The notes under the pieces: generated by a model | Database searches by the model: none | Seen by the model: only the letters and a program-made list of their open reading frames with translations | Told to the model about the DNA's origin: nothing | Origin: Polyangiaceae bacterium | GTDB lineage: Bacteria > Myxococcota_A > Polyangia > Polyangiales > Polyangiaceae | Assembly: GCA_025937895.1 (NCBI GenBank) | Contig: JAICQL010000009.1 | Span: 6,896 to 70,895, forward strand | DNA length: 64,000 nucleotides | Direction of reading: 5' to 3' | Translations under genes and position numbers: made by a program | Part shown: in pieces, positions 61,864 through 64,000 of the stretch | Numbering within the stretch: position 1 is the stretch's first letter | Layout: the number at the start of each line of letters is the position of its first letter

Positions 61864-64000
61864 ATGCAACAACCTGCTTCTTCCCTTTCGCTCTTGCTGC
61901 TCTCCTGTGCCGGCCTGTATGCCGCGTTCGCGTGCTCACCAGGCTCCGAGGCCGAGCCAAGTGTGGTGGTGCGCGAAAGCCAGGGCGAGCCCTCCGGCTC
62001 GGGCGGTGAAACGAACGACCCGCCCACCGCGGGCCCTTCCGGGGAAGAAGAGCTGTACACGGCTCCGCCGCCGCCCGACTGCGCAGATTTCGAGCTGAAC
62101 AACGACGAGCAGTGCGATGACGGTAATCGCGTCGACGGCGACGGCTGCTCCGCCAACTGCCTGGTGGTCGAGGTGGGTTGGCAGTGTGAAACACCGGGGG
62201 CGCCCTGCACCCAGGTGGAGGTATGCGGCTCGGGCAAGCTGGAGCTGGGCGAGACGTGTGACGACGGCAACGCCACCGGCAATGACGGTTGCTCCGCCAC
62301 TTGCCGGGTAGAGACGGGCTTCGTCTGTCCAACCCTGGGCCAGCTGTGCGTGTCCTCGGCGGTGTGCGGGGACTCCTTCGTGGCGTTTGGCGAGCAGTGT
62401 GATGACGGCAACGCGACGGCGGCCGACGGCTGCTCCGATGCCTGCCAGCTGGAGGTCGGCTGGAGCTGTCCGATCCCCGGCGCCAAGTGCCAGCCGGTCT
62501 GCGGCGATGGCAACGTGGTCGGCGCCGAGACCTGCGACGACGGCAATCTGGCGCAGGGCGACGGCTGCGCGCCCACCTGCCGCCTCGAGGCAGGGTTTGC
62601 CTGTGACGCAGCGGGCGTGGCGTGTCGCGAGACGGAGTGCCGCGACGGCAACCAGGAGGGCAGCGAGCAGTGCGACGACGGCAACGATGTGCCGTACGAC
62701 GGCTGCGCGGCGAACTGCACGAACGAGCCGCGCTGTGGCCTGGTGGGGGGCGTATACACGTGCGGCGCCGTGTGCGGCGACGGCATGAAATTTCAGGAAG
62801 AGGAGTGCGACGACGGCAACACCCTGGCGGATGACGGCTGCAGCCCGACGTGCACGCTGGAGCCCGGCTACGAGTGCACCAATGACGTGGCCGATCAGGG
62901 CGTGGTGCTGGATCTGCCGATCATCTATCGCGACTTCAACAACGACCACCCGCAGTTCGAGGTGAGCCCGGATCCGAATGGGGTGCGCGCGCCGGGCCTC
63001 GTCGCCTCGCAGCTGAATGCCCTGGGCCGCCCCGTGTACAACACCGAGTTCAGCTTCGATCCCGACGGCGCGGGGCCCGTGACGGCTCGGGCCTGGACCA
63101 TGGACGGGCGCGAGCCGGCGGACGGCAACGGCGCGGCGCCGCTGGCCACGCCGGCGGCGATCGCGGAGGCATTCAATCAGTGGTATTCGGACTCGCCGGT
63201 GAGCGAGCGAGTGGTGGACACCTTGCCGCTGGTGCTGCAGGCGGACGGCTCGTTCCAGTTTGCCGCCAGCTTGACGGAGGATCCACCCGATCAGTTCTTC
63301 CCGCTCGATGGCCGCGGCCTGGATCAGAGCACGGACATCGGCGGCGGCGTCACGCACAATTTCCACTTCACGAGTGAGGTGCGGCAGTGGTTCGAGTCCG
63401 TCGGCGGCGAGTTCCTGGAGTTCACGGGGGACGACGACGTGTGGGTGTTCGTCAACGGTCAGCTCACGGTGGATCTGGGCGGCATCCACAGCGAGATCAG
63501 CGGCAGCATCCTGCTCAGCGAGACGGGTGAGGACTCCACCCTGGTGATCAACGGCGGAGCCCCCACGTTGATCGACGTGCCGATCAGCCAGACCGGCGTG
63601 AACGAGATCGTGGTCTTTCAGGCCGAGCGCCACGTGACCCAGAGCAACTACACGCTCACCTTGCGCGGCTTCAACGCGCCGGTCACCAGCTGCGCGCCCC
63701 GCTGCGGCAACGGCATCGTCACTCCGGACGAGACCTGCGACGACGGGCCGCAGAACGGCAGCGGCTACGGCTTCTGCGCGGCGGATTGCACGCCGGGCCC
63801 GCGCTGCGGCGACGGGGTAGTCACGCCCGGTGAAGAGCAGTGCGACAACGGCATCAACCAGGATCCGTACGAGACGGAGTCGACCTCCTGCGCGCCCGGC
63901 TGCGTGCGCGCGCCGTATTGTGGCGACGGCCAGGTGGACGCCAACTTCCGAGAGCAGTGTGACGACGGCGTCAACGACGGCTCTTACGGTGGCTGCTCGC
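61864..64000 (+). CDS. Fibro-slime/PA14-like domain lipoprotein with myxobacterial Cys-rich (CGDG...CDDGN...DGC) repeats; 3' end runs off the right edge
   Basis: Absent from the ORF track because it has no in-window stop. Manual translation gives MQQPASSLSLLLLSCAGLYAAFAC (lipobox), then at least 8 repeats of C..G....E.CDDGN...DGCS..C before and after a central domain (...FHFTSEVRQWFES..GEFLEFTGDDDVWVFVNGQLTVDLGGIH...). Confidence 0.85.
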   Translation, partial: MQQPASSLSLLLLSCAGLYAAFACSPGSEAEPSVVVRESQGEPSGSGGETNDPPTAGPSGEEELYTAPPPPDCADFELNNDEQCDDGNRVDGDGCSANCLVVEVGWQCETPGAPCTQVEVCGSGKLELGETCDDGNATGNDGCSATCRVETGFVCPTLGQLCVSSAVCGDSFVAFGEQCDDGNATAADGCSDACQLEVGWSCPIPGAKCQPVCGDGNVVGAETCDDGNLAQGDGCAPTCRLEAGFACDAAGVACRETECRDGNQEGSEQCDDGNDVPYDGCAANCTNEPRCGLVGGVYTCGAVCGDGMKFQEEECDDGNTLADDGCSPTCTLEPGYECTNDVADQGVVLDLPIIYRDFNNDHPQFEVSPDPNGVRAPGLVASQLNALGRPVYNTEFSFDPDGAGPVTARAWTMDGREPADGNGAAPLATPAAIAEAFNQWYSDSPVSERVVDTLPLVLQADGSFQFAASLTEDPPDQFFPLDGRGLDQSTDIGGGVTHNFHFTSEVRQWFESVGGEFLEFTGDDDVWVFVNGQLTVDLGGIHSEISGSILLSETGEDSTLVINGGAPTLIDVPISQTGVNEIVVFQAERHVTQSNYTLTLRGFNAPVTSCAPRCGNGIVTPDETCDDGPQNGSGYGFCAADCTPGPRCGDGVVTPGEEQCDNGINQDPYETESTSCAPGCVRAPYCGDGQVDANFREQCDDGVNDGSYGGCS

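Noticed and set aside
61824-63633. 320-aa and 565-aa minus-strand ORFs
   Set aside because: They are antisense to the fibro-slime/Cys-rich-repeat gene, whose repeats and domain are unmistakable on the plus strand.

Overview
This is a high-GC (about 70%) bacterial chromosomal segment. The gene content looks myxobacterial (inference): a Hanks-type Ser/Thr kinase, an MshEN/HD-GYP/REC/DUF4388 signalling fusion, a fibro-slime plus Cys-rich-repeat lipoprotein, and many long Arg/Ala-rich antisense 'shadow' ORFs.

I support about 55 protein genes, 2 tRNAs, several intrinsic-terminator-like hairpins and a number of short tandem repeats. I found no rRNA, CRISPR array, transposase or integrase. Recognisable housekeeping genes are recA, rplM-rpsI, uvrB, uppP, rnj, gluQ-like, folP-cdaA-cdaR, pepP, rnhA and a beta-carbonic anhydrase with a divergent LysR regulator. 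Note that the ORF track takes ATG, GTG and TTG as starts and omits ORFs that run off the window. Both edge genes were therefore translated by hand.

The strongest candidate for something new is the accessory block at about 7.6-15.4 kb, lying between recA and tRNA-Cys with tRNA-Leu(UAA) inside it.
- It encodes four small peptides (54-84 aa), each with a canonical double-glycine bacteriocin-type leader.
- Two of them (C and D) are paralogs whose differences are mostly synonymous.
- Peptide A sits upstream of a GT1 glycosyltransferase, behind a strong terminator.
- Peptide B sits upstream of a translationally coupled pair: an unrecognised 635-aa protein carrying a TTA codon at position 4, and a ferritin-like protein with two E-x-x-H motifs.
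- No C39-peptidase ABC exporter or immunity gene is visible in the window.

The second candidate is a DUF692 (MNIO)/DUF2063 RiPP-maturase-like pair at 46.1-47.9 kb with no precursor gene next to it.

All functional calls come from motif recognition by eye. No database search was run.
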